Below are positions 1-9,963 of a DNA stretch of 41,961 bases, one piece after another. The position numbers were made by a program, and so were the translations under genes. The notes below the pieces were generated by a model. That model was given only the letters and a program-made list of their open reading frames with translations. It was not told where the DNA came from and made no database searches. The DNA lies in IMG/VR virus record IMGVR_UViG_2695420685_000011. One strand, given 5' to 3'. Source of the stretch: a virus. Its lineage: Duplodnaviria; Heunggongvirae; Uroviricota; Caudoviricetes. Numbering within the stretch: position 1 is the stretch's first letter; each line of letters opens with the position of its first letter.

Positions 1-523
<523 letters not shown>

Positions 524-578
524 TCATCCTGACGCCGATAAGATACATGATTTAAAATGATAGGTAAACACTTACTTA

Positions 579-1169
579 CTATTTGTTATAAACAAAACCA
601 ATATCTTTCTTGTGAGGCATATCTGCTGCTGAAAAAGCTGCGATCTTCGCGAGTCGATCACATATTTCATTTTCACGATGCCCGGCGTGACCTTTAACCC
701 ACTTCCAGCGAACATTATGTCGACTTGCGGCCTCATCCAGACGCTTCCACAGATCAACATTCTTTACCGGTTTTTTGTCAGAAGTCATCCATCCATTGCG
801 TTTCCACCATTTCATCCACTGTGTCATGCCGTTTTTCAGATACTGGCTATCAGAGTGCAAAATAACGTTGCATGGATATTTCAAACGCTCCAGCCCGATA
901 AGTGCCCCCATCATCTCCATGCGGTTATTGGTGGTGCTATGAAAACCATCTGAGAACTCGCGTTCCTCACCACGATACTGGAGAACGATACCGTAACCGC
1001 CCTGGCCACCCGGATTTTTAAGGCAAGAGCCATCACTAAAGATTTTCACGGTTTTAAGCTGGGGATTGAACTCTACGACAGGCGTTGTGGGATTGGTGCG
1101 GGGAGAATTTTTGTTTTTGTCTTTTTTGCGAGTTTTTGCTTGCGATCGGGCTGGTGTCTTCGTCGTCAT
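579..1169 (-). CDS. rnhA: ribonuclease H (RNase HI family)
   Basis: Translation has [26 protein letters not shown] and [10 protein letters not shown] motifs typical of RNase HI. Start moved to the ATG at 1169 (MTTKTP...), which has an AGGAG SD; the track ORF starts at 1253. Confidence 0.9.
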   Translation of the reverse strand: MTTKTPARSQAKTRKKDKNKNSPRTNPTTPVVEFNPQLKTVKIFSDGSCLKNPGGQGGYGIVLQYRGEEREFSDGFHSTTNNRMEMMGALIGLERLKYPCNVILHSDSQYLKNGMTQWMKWWKRNGWMTSDKKPVKNVDLWKRLDEAASRHNVRWKWVKGHAGHRENEICDRLAKIAAFSAADMPHKKDIGFVYNK

Positions 1170-1750
1170 ATAAACTCCTGAATCAAGCGCCGCGCCGATT
1201 TTTCCTCGCGCGTGCGCACACGCGTGCGTGTTAATAATTATTAAAATAAACAAATTACTTCCCAGAACAGGTTTTTATAAACCTGAACTGAACGAACGAA
1301 GTGAGTGAAGTTCACCTCGAACGAAGTGAGAGGTTGTCTTTTCAGGTAATACTCTCCCAGGGAGGTGAGTATAAAATTCCTCACCAACCTGGTCGTTTCA
1401 TAACCTGAAAAGCTATGGTCTAAGTCTACTGCCAGCTTAGACTTGGGAAGTTATGGATGACAGCACCCCAGAACCGAGATCTTCCCACACTTTATGAAGG
1501 GGAGTACTGGATTCAACCTCTCGAAACACCCCAGACTCGACAATCATAAAGTGACCCTTGTCTCTGCTCACTTTGGTTCCCCCTTCCCCGACACCTATAC
1601 GGCACCGGTTCTACGCTGGTAGTGAGCTTTTTTAAACCTGACGCCAGTGACGCTTACCCCCACCCATCAGGTCGAGCCTCCAGTCTACGACTGGAAACTA
1701 TCAGATCTTAGCACTTACAATTCACTTTATGAACAGTTTGTACTTATCTA

Positions 1751-1981
1751 TCATTGTGATTGATTATTTTCTCGACCATGTAGTTGAACATTCAAGGCAA
1801 ACACCTCATTGATCAACTCACCTAAAAGCTGTTCAACAAGTTCGCGATGCTCGCCAAGATGCAAGCTCTTAATTGCCCACTCGTACAAGTTGAAAGCCTG
1901 CTCACGATCTTTCATCATTTCACGAGCCTGGGCCAGAAAATCGCTCTCTACGAGCGCAACGACATTAGTCGGGTATGACAT
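1751..1981 (-). CDS. hypothetical small protein
   Basis: ORF from track; internal ATG at 1981 (MSYPTN...) preceded by AAGGAAA; no motifs. Confidence 0.4.
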   Translation of the reverse strand: MSYPTNVVALVESDFLAQAREMMKDREQAFNLYEWAIKSLHLGEHRELVEQLLGELINEVFALNVQLHGRENNQSQ

Positions 1982-2167
1982 GTTGGTTTCCTTAAAGTGG
2001 TTCATAAAATCGATTTTAAAGCGTCTGGGAAGGGGGTCTAGTGGATTCTGTAGTGATGTTCAGGTCTGGGAGTCTCTGATACAAAACAGCCTGCTTCCGT
2101 ATATTAATAATTAATATGTAGTTATTTATATATACAGAAGCAGGCTAATTACAGACGCCAGAGCAAA

Positions 2168-2761
2168 CTAAGCAGCCTTCTTTGATGGTCTTTTTTTCCT
2201 GATCACATTCGCAGGATCATACCCTCCCAGACTTTTCATGACGTCCAAAGGGATCTTGCTTATAGAGTGCCCAGCGTCCTGACAAAACCCTCGAAAAACA
2301 ACGAGCATACTGCCACCGGGGTTGATGTTTACTTCTACCTGACCCAAATTGACGTCAGGCTCGACAAACGCAACGCGGCCACCAGACAGAATAATCGTCT
2401 CATTCGCATACTCTGTTGCACGCTCATACCACTTTGTATCGAGGGATTGAGGAATTAGCATCACTGTTGTAACTCCGCGAGCCTGCTCACGTATAGCCGC
2501 ATCAATCCAGGGGGAGATTTTGGAGTAGGGTGGATTGAGGAAGGCAATTGTACCTGGCTGCCCCCATTCAGATTTCAAAGCATCGCGCTCAACGCCTATG
2601 AAAATAGGCAGCTTTGCATTGTCCTTGTTGCAGGCAACGTCAACATCAAATGTCACTCCAAGATAACGTTGAATGGCAGAAAACAGCCAATCAGGTGTTC
2701 TCCAGAGGTCACGAAGAGAGTTGTCGCGCTTTCGCTGTTTGATTTTTTCGGCTGCAATCAT
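2168..2761 (-). CDS. dam: phage-type DNA N6-adenine methyltransferase (Dam-like)
   Basis: WRTP..LF, FDVDVA and NPPYS motifs characteristic of phage N6-adenine methyltransferases. Confidence 0.85.
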   Translation of the reverse strand: MIAAEKIKQRKRDNSLRDLWRTPDWLFSAIQRYLGVTFDVDVACNKDNAKLPIFIGVERDALKSEWGQPGTIAFLNPPYSKISPWIDAAIREQARGVTTVMLIPQSLDTKWYERATEYANETIILSGGRVAFVEPDVNLGQVEVNINPGGSMLVVFRGFCQDAGHSISKIPLDVMKSLGGYDPANVIRKKRPSKKAA

Positions 2762-2825
2762 CTTCTTTCTCGATAGGTAAGTGATTACCTATTTTTGCAT
2801 TTGATTTTATGTATGGCAATCAAAT

Positions 2826-2870
2826 AAAACGCGCCAGAAATGCGAACAAGAAGCTCTCTGGCGCGTTTTT
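2826..2870. terminator. bidirectional rho-independent terminator-like hairpin
   Basis: Stem CGCGCCAGA/TCTGGCGCG flanked by an A-tract and a T-tract. Confidence 0.6.
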
Positions 2871-2943
2871 GTGGTGCTGGGTATGGGTTAGCTTACCCAG
2901 CACTATAAAGCTCTCTATGGGCTTTATTTTCAGTAGGGGAACG

Positions 2944-3753
2944 TCATCCAATAGTGTACTCCGCGACAAACTTCTTAACGATCGGTGATTCTTCGTTCAA
3001 TGTTAGATTTCCACCGTCTCTAACAGCAATTCCTGTAGCTGGAAATACAGCCATCATTTGCCCAGCCTGAGTTGACGCAGTGTTAAGCGGATACGGTTTT
3101 TCTGGATTGCTCATTAAAGCAATCTTAATACTATTACTTGTAGCCTTCTTTTCTGTGAGAAGGTGTCTCATGGAAATTACCGTGTAAACACTAATATCTG
3201 GACCTCCGCTAAACCAATTAAGAAGGTTTAATATCTTATCCTTTGCTTTGACAGGCGCGTTTTCGTAAGCGTCTAAGAAAATATCTTTTTCTAAGCCTGC
3301 TTTATTGAAAAACAAATCATCTTTATCACTTAAAGTAAAACGAGGACCTCTTGCAGTACGAGCTTTTTTATTTGTATTGCTATCATTTGACTGTTGAACT
3401 TTTAATTCATCATTAACCTCAACACACTCTTCAACCTCAATAAACCCCAATTGTTCTGGCTCGTTTTCGGCAGATTCAACACTTTCAGCCTTAATTACGT
3501 TTATAGGCTCATGAGCTAACTCCAACTCATTTAAAGCGGAGCTGAAATCACCTGCTTTTTCTTCATTGAACAGTTCTTCGGCAACATCATCAGAACTCAT
3601 GGCTACGCCAGCATCGAGGCCGAGAAGCAGATCGTCAATATCATCAGTATTTTCAACCTGTGCAGCTTTTTTTACTGGTTCATCAAGTGATTGCAACATG
3701 GCTGTCAGCTCATCCAGATCATCATTTGTCATTACATTTTCAACCGAACTCAT
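2944..3753 (-). CDS. acidic hypothetical protein
   Basis: ORF with strong AAGGAGA SD; highly acidic (D/E-rich) N-terminal half; no catalytic motifs recognised. Confidence 0.6.
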   Translation of the reverse strand: MSSVENVMTNDDLDELTAMLQSLDEPVKKAAQVENTDDIDDLLLGLDAGVAMSSDDVAEELFNEEKAGDFSSALNELELAHEPINVIKAESVESAENEPEQLGFIEVEECVEVNDELKVQQSNDSNTNKKARTARGPRFTLSDKDDLFFNKAGLEKDIFLDAYENAPVKAKDKILNLLNWFSGGPDISVYTVISMRHLLTEKKATSNSIKIALMSNPEKPYPLNTASTQAGQMMAVFPATGIAVRDGGNLTLNEESPIVKKFVAEYTIG

Positions 3754-3870
3754 GTAAGTCTCCTTCTGTTTAGTTGCATTTGCGTTTCGATGGCTACATT
3801 TTGACTAAACCTATCAGGCGGAAAAGTATTAAATACAGGCAGGAAATGATTGAAAGGCGACTGTTCTTTA

Positions 3871-3915
3871 AAAGAAAGCCTGCTTCAAACTCTCTTTAAA
3901 GCAGGCTTTTGTTTT
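3871..3915. terminator. rho-independent terminator-like hairpin
   Basis: Stem GCCTGCTT/AAGCAGGC with flanking A and T runs, downstream of the 3914 gene end. Confidence 0.6.
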
Positions 3916-4471
3916 ACACAATTTCAGAGGGTAATTTAAAAAATCCGTATTTATTACGTGCCTTAAAGAAGCATTGCATCATTAAGTTTGTGTCATATAA
4001 GGCACTATGTGCTTTGGCATGATCGTATATAAAGCCAAGAGAGAAGGCCAATTCTTCAAGGCGAGGACGTTTACCGTCTTCTGTGGCCCACAATCCCGAT
4101 AACATAGTATCTATAACGGGAACGTCTGGCAGTCTTACTCCATACCCTGAAAACTCGTGTCGAATAAATGGTATATCAAACGCTTCGCCGTTATGAGCAA
4201 TCCACGCACTACATGCCCCCATATAAGCGCCAATTTCGCTGGCATGATTTGACAACAAAGGTTCAGCTGCGAGCTGTTCTAATGAAATGCCATGAACGGC
4301 TTGAGCTTTCGGATCTATGTTTCTGCGAGGGTTAAAACGCATCTCCAGACTATCAATATGTCTCTGTGTCTCCAGTTCATAGCGGGTAATTGCGATTTCA
4401 ATAATTTTATGACCAGCAAGGAAATCCAGTCCCGTAGACTCGATATCGATGCCTGCAACAATCGTTGTCAT
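3914..4471 (-). CDS. DnaQ-like DEDDh 3'-5' exonuclease
   Basis: Exo motifs GIDIESTGL, HNGEAFDIPF and HSALYDT; AAGGAG SD. Possible proofreading partner of the DnaE-like polymerase (inference). Confidence 0.8.
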   Translation of the reverse strand: MTTIVAGIDIESTGLDFLAGHKIIEIAITRYELETQRHIDSLEMRFNPRRNIDPKAQAVHGISLEQLAAEPLLSNHASEIGAYMGACSAWIAHNGEAFDIPFIRHEFSGYGVRLPDVPVIDTMLSGLWATEDGKRPRLEELAFSLGFIYDHAKAHSALYDTNLMMQCFFKARNKYGFFKLPSEIV

Positions 4472-4480
4472 CAGAACTCC

Positions 4481-4900
4481 TTACAACTTCTTAGCGCCCT
4501 TAAGTAGTGCGCTACGTACAAATTGAGCCGCTTTTTTCAAAGTTTCTTCACTGGTTTCACAGACAATCGGATCTTTCCACTTACCTGACGCAGTGTTGAG
4601 AATATTGATTTGGTTGCTATCCAGACAAACAGAGATATAAAGCACCGTGCCACCAGCCAGCATCAAATGCATAGGAAACAGAGGCTTTTTACTGTCTTCA
4701 CTGAACTGAGACATGGCGATGTTAATGGCTTCACCTACTTGTGCGCCAACAAGCCCCTGCGCAGTTTCGAATATGGCACGAATAGCCAGGCGAGCCTCTC
4801 GATCGCTCATAAGCGACCGGGAATGTTCGTCCGCTACACGAATCAAAGCCTCTGTTGTTTTCCGATCCAGTTCATCTTCAAGCAACATTTCACTAAACAT
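4481..4900 (-). CDS. hypothetical protein
   Basis: ORF with AAGGATAAAAA leader before the ATG; no recognisable motifs. Confidence 0.6.
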   Translation of the reverse strand: MFSEMLLEDELDRKTTEALIRVADEHSRSLMSDREARLAIRAIFETAQGLVGAQVGEAINIAMSQFSEDSKKPLFPMHLMLAGGTVLYISVCLDSNQINILNTASGKWKDPIVCETSEETLKKAAQFVRSALLKGAKKL

Positions 4901-4961
4901 TTTTTATCCTTAACCCATTTTGAGAGTTTTATTGTCGCAATGTCGAAGAGGCGAACAATTT

Positions 4962-5606
4962 CTAATGAACGGTCACTCGGCCACAGAACCGGTTTTCTAT
5001 CTTTTCTACAGCGTTATCTAGCATTCTCATCACTGATCTGGCTCTTGCTTCAACCGTGCGATATCGGTTGGAAACGACGAAGGTTTGCAGATCCCCCCTT
5101 TGCGGATGCAGGTGAATTTTTGTCAGTTCCCCGCACATCAACGCATCAATACGAGCGACATACAGACGGTCTAATGATGCTCGTTGTGACCGCAAGTAAT
5201 CTCGCTCTGAGAGAGCGACCCCCGGGCGTAGGCCAGCAATGGCGTTAAAGTTTGAAATAGCAGTTTTGTGGCAAAACTTTTCGATATCGAGGGCTAACTC
5301 AATACATCGATCTTCATTGGTATGGCCGACCAAATCCAACGTGTAGGCCATAACATCAGCAGGTGTGCGATCGATAACAAAGCCTTCAACACCACGCGTA
5401 AGTAGCTCTATATGCTTTGCTATTTCCATTTGAATCTGAAGCCGCTCATATAGAGGCATAGACTCACCTACTCGAACACCGAGTCGGCTCATCAAACTTC
5501 CGACACCAGCATCCACGTAAGGGATTCCGTAATGTTTGTCGATATATTTTGCCAGGGTTGTTTTCCCACTGCCCTGAGCACCAGTGATCCCAATCCGGTA
5601 ATCCAT
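4962..5606 (-). CDS. P-loop nucleoside/nucleotide kinase (possible dNMP kinase)
   Basis: N-terminal Walker A IGITGAQGSGKTT; start overlaps the DHFR stop (TAATG); sits in the nucleotide-metabolism operon. Confidence 0.6.
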   Translation of the reverse strand: MDYRIGITGAQGSGKTTLAKYIDKHYGIPYVDAGVGSLMSRLGVRVGESMPLYERLQIQMEIAKHIELLTRGVEGFVIDRTPADVMAYTLDLVGHTNEDRCIELALDIEKFCHKTAISNFNAIAGLRPGVALSERDYLRSQRASLDRLYVARIDALMCGELTKIHLHPQRGDLQTFVVSNRYRTVEARARSVMRMLDNAVEKIENRFCGRVTVH

Positions 5607-6082
5607 TACGACCTTCTGTATACGATCTGCGAAAAGCCAGGCTCTTCCTCGCTGGCTCGTTGGGTAAAAACTGTTTCAACAGGCACAAAGCCTAAATTAC
5701 GCATCATGCTTGCCGGGAAGAATGCATCGGCGTTTGGCACATCAACGCCGATGTGGGAGAGCCAAATCTCTTCAACATGCGGCATGAATAGCGAGTAAAT
5801 TTGTTCCCCGCCAATCACCCACACAGGCTCTGGTAATCGCAACACATCATCCACACCAGCAGGGTAGAATCCATTTGGTACAAAGCCATGAGAGCGCGTC
5901 AAAACGAGGTTATGACGCTCTGGAAGAGGGCGTTTGAGACTTTCCATCGTTTTACGCCCCATAACGACAGTGGCTTTTTTGGTGAGTCTCTTAAATAGCT
6001 TCAGATCGGTAGAACAACGCCAGGGCAGTTCGTTCGCTATGCCGATCTCATAGTTACGGCCAACAGCAGCTATCATCTTCAT
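5606..6082 (-). CDS. folA: dihydrofolate reductase
   Basis: MIAAVGRNYEIG..LPW N-terminus, VVMGRKT and VIGGEQIY motifs typical of DHFR. Confidence 0.9.
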   Translation of the reverse strand: MKMIAAVGRNYEIGIANELPWRCSTDLKLFKRLTKKATVVMGRKTMESLKRPLPERHNLVLTRSHGFVPNGFYPAGVDDVLRLPEPVWVIGGEQIYSLFMPHVEEIWLSHIGVDVPNADAFFPASMMRNLGFVPVETVFTQRASEEEPGFSQIVYRRS

Positions 6083-6492
6083 TTGCTCACCTCATAGATG
6101 ACCGGTCTATGATGAGAGTCAGCTAAAGCGGCACGGAGTCGAGGATCGTGCACCAGCGCAGCGATAAGCAGATCGCCTTTATGCTCCGCTAATGTGCGCT
6201 TAATATGCTTCTCATAACTGGTGCCATTCGGTACGAGATGAAGCCAGTCGTAATCAACGCCAAAATCTTTCAGCCATCGTTTAGTGGGCGCTTCAAGAGT
6301 TTCAGAGCGGCTACTGATAAGCACCACTTCAGCCCCTGAGCGAGCAAAACCACGCAACATACGGCTGGTGGGGAAAATGAGTTCATCACCGGCAATGAGC
6401 TGGCCTGCATCCGCGTCAGATACAGATTTACGATGGCTGGTATTTGCCAGCACACCTTCAATTTCGCATAAGACATACATACCTCTTGCCAT
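6079..6492 (-). CDS. hypothetical protein, HAD-like fold (possible nucleotidase)
   Basis: Motifs resembling HAD II-IV (VVLISSRS, K, GDLLIAALVHD), but motif I reads CEIEG instead of DxDG. Start set to the ATG at 6492, 2 nt after the thyA stop; stop overlaps the folA start (ATGA). Confidence 0.45.
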   Translation of the reverse strand: MARGMYVLCEIEGVLANTSHRKSVSDADAGQLIAGDELIFPTSRMLRGFARSGAEVVLISSRSETLEAPTKRWLKDFGVDYDWLHLVPNGTSYEKHIKRTLAEHKGDLLIAALVHDPRLRAALADSHHRPVIYEVSK

Positions 6493-6493
6493 A

Positions 6494-7624
6494 TCACACC
6501 GCCACTGGAACCTTGATCCACGGTAGAGGGTCATAGCCAAGAATCAGAATATCGTCCCATTTGAAATCATCCAGCTCAGACCATTCATGAGGGAAAATAA
6601 CGACCGGATCTGAATGCTCTGGAGCCTGTCGTTTCATTAGCTCACACACACCTTCCATGTGGTTGTTGTACAAATGCACGTCAAAGCCAAAATGTACAAA
6701 TGCACCGGCCATGTGACCCGTAATCTTCGCGAGAAAATGAGTGAGAATGCCATAGCCAGCAATATTGAATGGCATACCAACAAAAGTGTCTACGCTACGC
6801 TGTACGAGGCAGGAGTTGAGGATGCGTTTGGGGATTCCAAGTTCATCCAGTTCAGTTTCAGTAACACTGCCGTCCATCTCCAGATCGTATAGCATCTTGG
6901 TGTAGATAGACTCATAACCGAGGCGACTGTGTTGAAGACCAATGTCAGTTGCCATCGTTAAACGGGTTTCAAAATCAAGCTCACGACTCCACAAAGAGAA
7001 GACAAAGTGGCAAGGTGGCAGTTTCATATCCTCAAGCTCGCCTACGTTCCATGCGTTAAGCATGATACGACGATCGGTGGGGTTCGTGCGCAGTGTATCG
7101 ACAATACGCTGTAGCTGATCGATTTCACGGGACAGCACTACGCGATCTTCACTGATACCCAGGTATCCCTCGACTTTGTACCCGCGTTCACGGAAAGTAT
7201 CGATCTTGCTCAGATATTCACTATGGCTCACGATGCGGGTATCTTCCCATCGACGCCACTGCTTACCGTAAACCGGCCCCAAATCGCCATTCTCATCGGC
7301 CCATGCATCCCAAATCTTAACGCCGTTATCCTTGAGAAATTGGATGTTGCCCGTGCCTTTCAGATACCACTCAAGTTCGACAAGCAGTGGCTTAAGATTT
7401 ACCGCCTTTCCAGAAATAAGCGGCACAGTCCCACCAGTAAGCATGTAGTAAGAGGGAACGTAGCAGGTGCTTAAAGTACCAGTGCCTGTGCGATCATCAG
7501 CCTGCACGCCGCTTTTAAGCACCGTCTCAATAACTTTTGCATACGATGCGTTTGTTACCTGACCGTTCGTATGCTCACGATTCAAAAGGAGTGACACAAA
7601 AACCTCACAAAGATAAGTAATCAC
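6494..7624 (-). CDS. thyA: thymidylate synthase (ThyA family, with insertions)
   Basis: DRTGTGT, YGKQWR, LPPCH, QRSVD..PFNIAGY and H.YNNH motifs. Start uncertain: the GTG at 7624 lies inside a palindromic motif and an alternative GTG lies near 7597. Confidence 0.9.
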   Translation of the reverse strand: MITYLCEVFVSLLLNREHTNGQVTNASYAKVIETVLKSGVQADDRTGTGTLSTCYVPSYYMLTGGTVPLISGKAVNLKPLLVELEWYLKGTGNIQFLKDNGVKIWDAWADENGDLGPVYGKQWRRWEDTRIVSHSEYLSKIDTFRERGYKVEGYLGISEDRVVLSREIDQLQRIVDTLRTNPTDRRIMLNAWNVGELEDMKLPPCHFVFSLWSRELDFETRLTMATDIGLQHSRLGYESIYTKMLYDLEMDGSVTETELDELGIPKRILNSCLVQRSVDTFVGMPFNIAGYGILTHFLAKITGHMAGAFVHFGFDVHLYNNHMEGVCELMKRQAPEHSDPVVIFPHEWSELDDFKWDDILILGYDPLPWIKVPVAV

Positions 7625-7673
7625 TTATTCATTAAGTGAGTTTACATTTATTGAGGGAACAAGGCCAGATAGA

Positions 7674-7705
7674 TAAAAAAATGGTGGCCATAGGCCACCA
7701 AAAAC
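7674..7705 (-). terminator. rho-independent terminator
   Basis: Stem TGGTGGCC/GGCCACCA; T-run on the minus strand; downstream of the 7769 gene end. Confidence 0.6.
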
Positions 7706-7768
7706 GAATAGTTGTTTCAGAAATTTAACGCGCCAACGCAATATACACAGATAGATAACTACCTACAA

Positions 7769-8638
7769 TTATTTTTTGATCATTCCGTACATTGCTGAGG
7801 CTTTAGCTTGCTCAACAAAGGAGGATAAATCGACATCACTATAGGTTGGAGACTTCAGAATCTTTCCATCGGAAATTCGAAAACCGATCATCTTATCGGT
7901 GCCATCAGCATGGCGAAATCCCAGGTCAGAAGAGTCGTATTTGCAGTTGGCCACAGCATGGCGACGCTCTTCGGCATCTGCAGGCCATAATTTTGTCATG
8001 TTGGACCGATGAATTTCGCCAACCAGCTCGACGACATTGATACCGAGGAAATCAGCCAGTCGATAGGTCATCATGCACGCCACATAGATTTTGTTCATTA
8101 CACGGCGCAGTTCCTGAATCAGCTCAGAATCCTTAACAGTCTTGTTCTCAAGTTTATCTGCCAGCTCTTCGAGCATACATGACGCCTCACGAGCTTCCTG
8201 AAATGGCATTGCCATATCATCGAAAACAGTGTTACCAGGCACAAAAATTGTCTGCATAAAGCGATCAATGCTCTGTTCCTGCGTGTAATAGGTCATGCCG
8301 GTAGAAATACCACCTTTGATGGCGACCATCGTACCAACACCAACGTATAAAAAGTCGGCCATTGCATCCAGCAGTTGCTCAATATCCCCATTCATTGCGG
8401 CTGGAATACCTTCCACTACAGCTTCTTCATGAATCAGGCTTGCACGGAGACGAAGCAGCTCTGGTGTCGGCATAACGCGTCTCGGATGCTGGAAGAGTTC
8501 ATGAAACTGATCGACCATCTTGTAAATACTTTCAGTAGCTACACCATGACCTTCATGCAACTCATATGGTTCTGGCTTAAATCCAATGAGTCGATCGGTG
8601 GCAAGTTTCAGGTGGTCAGTCAGTTTGGTAAAGTTCAT
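7769..8638 (-). CDS. hypothetical protein; possible tandem MazG-like NTP pyrophosphohydrolase
   Basis: Two helical repeats with EE..D..A..L patterns reminiscent of MazG/HisE-type enzymes; weak assignment. Confidence 0.45.
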   Translation of the reverse strand: MNFTKLTDHLKLATDRLIGFKPEPYELHEGHGVATESIYKMVDQFHELFQHPRRVMPTPELLRLRASLIHEEAVVEGIPAAMNGDIEQLLDAMADFLYVGVGTMVAIKGGISTGMTYYTQEQSIDRFMQTIFVPGNTVFDDMAMPFQEAREASCMLEELADKLENKTVKDSELIQELRRVMNKIYVACMMTYRLADFLGINVVELVGEIHRSNMTKLWPADAEERRHAVANCKYDSSDLGFRHADGTDKMIGFRISDGKILKSPTYSDVDLSSFVEQAKASAMYGMIKK

Positions 8639-8715
8639 GCTAGTTTTGTTCCTTCTTAATTCTTGTGATCCATTGTGGCCCAGCGTTGCCAGGCCACATA
8701 ATGCTTTGTATCGGT

Positions 8716-9858
8716 TTACAGGTCAGCAAACTGGCTTAGAGAAGCCTTATCCACGGTAGAATCGATCTGACCTACCAGATATGTGCTTTGCTCTGCCTCT
8801 TGTGGTGCAATTTGCAGTGTGTCGGTTAACAACCACTTGTTCATCCAGACCAGCGGATCGGTGGTAACCTCTGGAAATAAAGCCTTCAGGCCAAGACGAT
8901 TCATAGCCAGATTGGTGCGGTATTTTACATAGGTTTTGAGAATATCCGCGTTTAAACCAATCATCGAACCGTCTTTGAAGAGATAGTCTGCCCAGTTCAT
9001 TTCTTGTTCGGCGACTGATTTCATGGTGTCGTAAATGACGTTTTCTTCATCAGCAGCAATCTCTTTCCACAATAAACCTTCGCGACCGGTACGCATGAAG
9101 CGGAGCATGCGTTCAGTTCCTTCGCAATGCAGAGCTTCATCACGGGCAATAAAGCGCATAATTTTGGTGTTACCCTCAAGCAACTTCCGTTCGCCAAAGG
9201 CAAACGTACATGCAAAACTTACATAGAAACGGATCGCCTCAAGCGCATTAATGGACACCAACGTGCGGAAAAGCTGACGGTGCAAAGGGTATGGCTCCCA
9301 GCCATATTCATTTACGTACAGACGTTCAAACTCCTTCTGACCTAACGACTGGCGCTCGCAGGTCATCCCATAAAGCCTGTCATATTCAGCAGAGATACTG
9401 ATCGCTCGGTTGATGATTTCTTCATCCGTAACAATACCGTCAAAAACAATGCTCGGATCGTCCACCATGCCACGAATAATGTGGGTGTAGCTGCGGCTAT
9501 GGATAGTCTCAGAGAAAGACCATGTTTCAACCCACGTTTCCAGTTCAGGAATAGAGATAAGCGGCAGCAACGTTGCATTTGGGCTACGTCCCTGAACTGA
9601 ATCGAGTAACGTTTGATAACGGAGATTGCTCAGAAAAATGTGACGTTCGTGGTCCCGCAGCTTCGTGTTGAAGTCGATACGATCGCTCGAAATATCAACT
9701 TCTTCCGGCCGCCAGAAGAAAGACAATTGACGTTCAATCAACTTTTCAAAATCACGGTATTTTTGCTGATCGTAACGTGCCACGTTGACAGATTGTCCGA
9801 GGAACATAGGCTCTTTGGTTGCATCATTAGCACCCAAACGGAACGTTGAATATGACAT
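8716..9858 (-). CDS. nrdB: ribonucleotide reductase small subunit (class Ia NrdB-like)
   Basis: FFWRPEEVD and other di-iron/tyrosyl-radical motifs; start set to the ATG at 9858 (MSYSTF...) with AAAGGAAAAACAC leader. Confidence 0.93.
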   Translation of the reverse strand: MSYSTFRLGANDATKEPMFLGQSVNVARYDQQKYRDFEKLIERQLSFFWRPEEVDISSDRIDFNTKLRDHERHIFLSNLRYQTLLDSVQGRSPNATLLPLISIPELETWVETWSFSETIHSRSYTHIIRGMVDDPSIVFDGIVTDEEIINRAISISAEYDRLYGMTCERQSLGQKEFERLYVNEYGWEPYPLHRQLFRTLVSINALEAIRFYVSFACTFAFGERKLLEGNTKIMRFIARDEALHCEGTERMLRFMRTGREGLLWKEIAADEENVIYDTMKSVAEQEMNWADYLFKDGSMIGLNADILKTYVKYRTNLAMNRLGLKALFPEVTTDPLVWMNKWLLTDTLQIAPQEAEQSTYLVGQIDSTVDKASLSQFADL

Positions 9859-9939
9859 GTGTTTTTCCTTTTGCTTTTTGATGTGTTTAAACAAGTTGTT
9901 ATCTTATTTGTTTAAACAAGGCTTACAAATCAAAGAGAA

Positions 9940-9958
9940 GGTGGGGATATACCCCACC
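9940..9958 (-). terminator. terminator-like hairpin after nrdA
   Basis: GGTGGGGATATACCCCACC hairpin followed on the minus strand by T-rich sequence. Confidence 0.45.
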
Positions 9959-9963
9959 ATATG

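Noticed and set aside
4610-5248. Opposite-strand ORFs inside large genes (for example 4610-5248, 10407-10844, 11137-11532, 13206-13724, 28166-28681, 29986-30444, 31615-32079)
   Set aside because: They are antisense to motif-supported genes, lack SD sequences, and their translations are low-complexity; treated as spurious.
9884-9919. NrdR box upstream of nrdB
   Set aside because: The GTTTAAACAAG repeats do not match the NrdR-box consensus as I recall it; reported only as an unexplained direct repeat.
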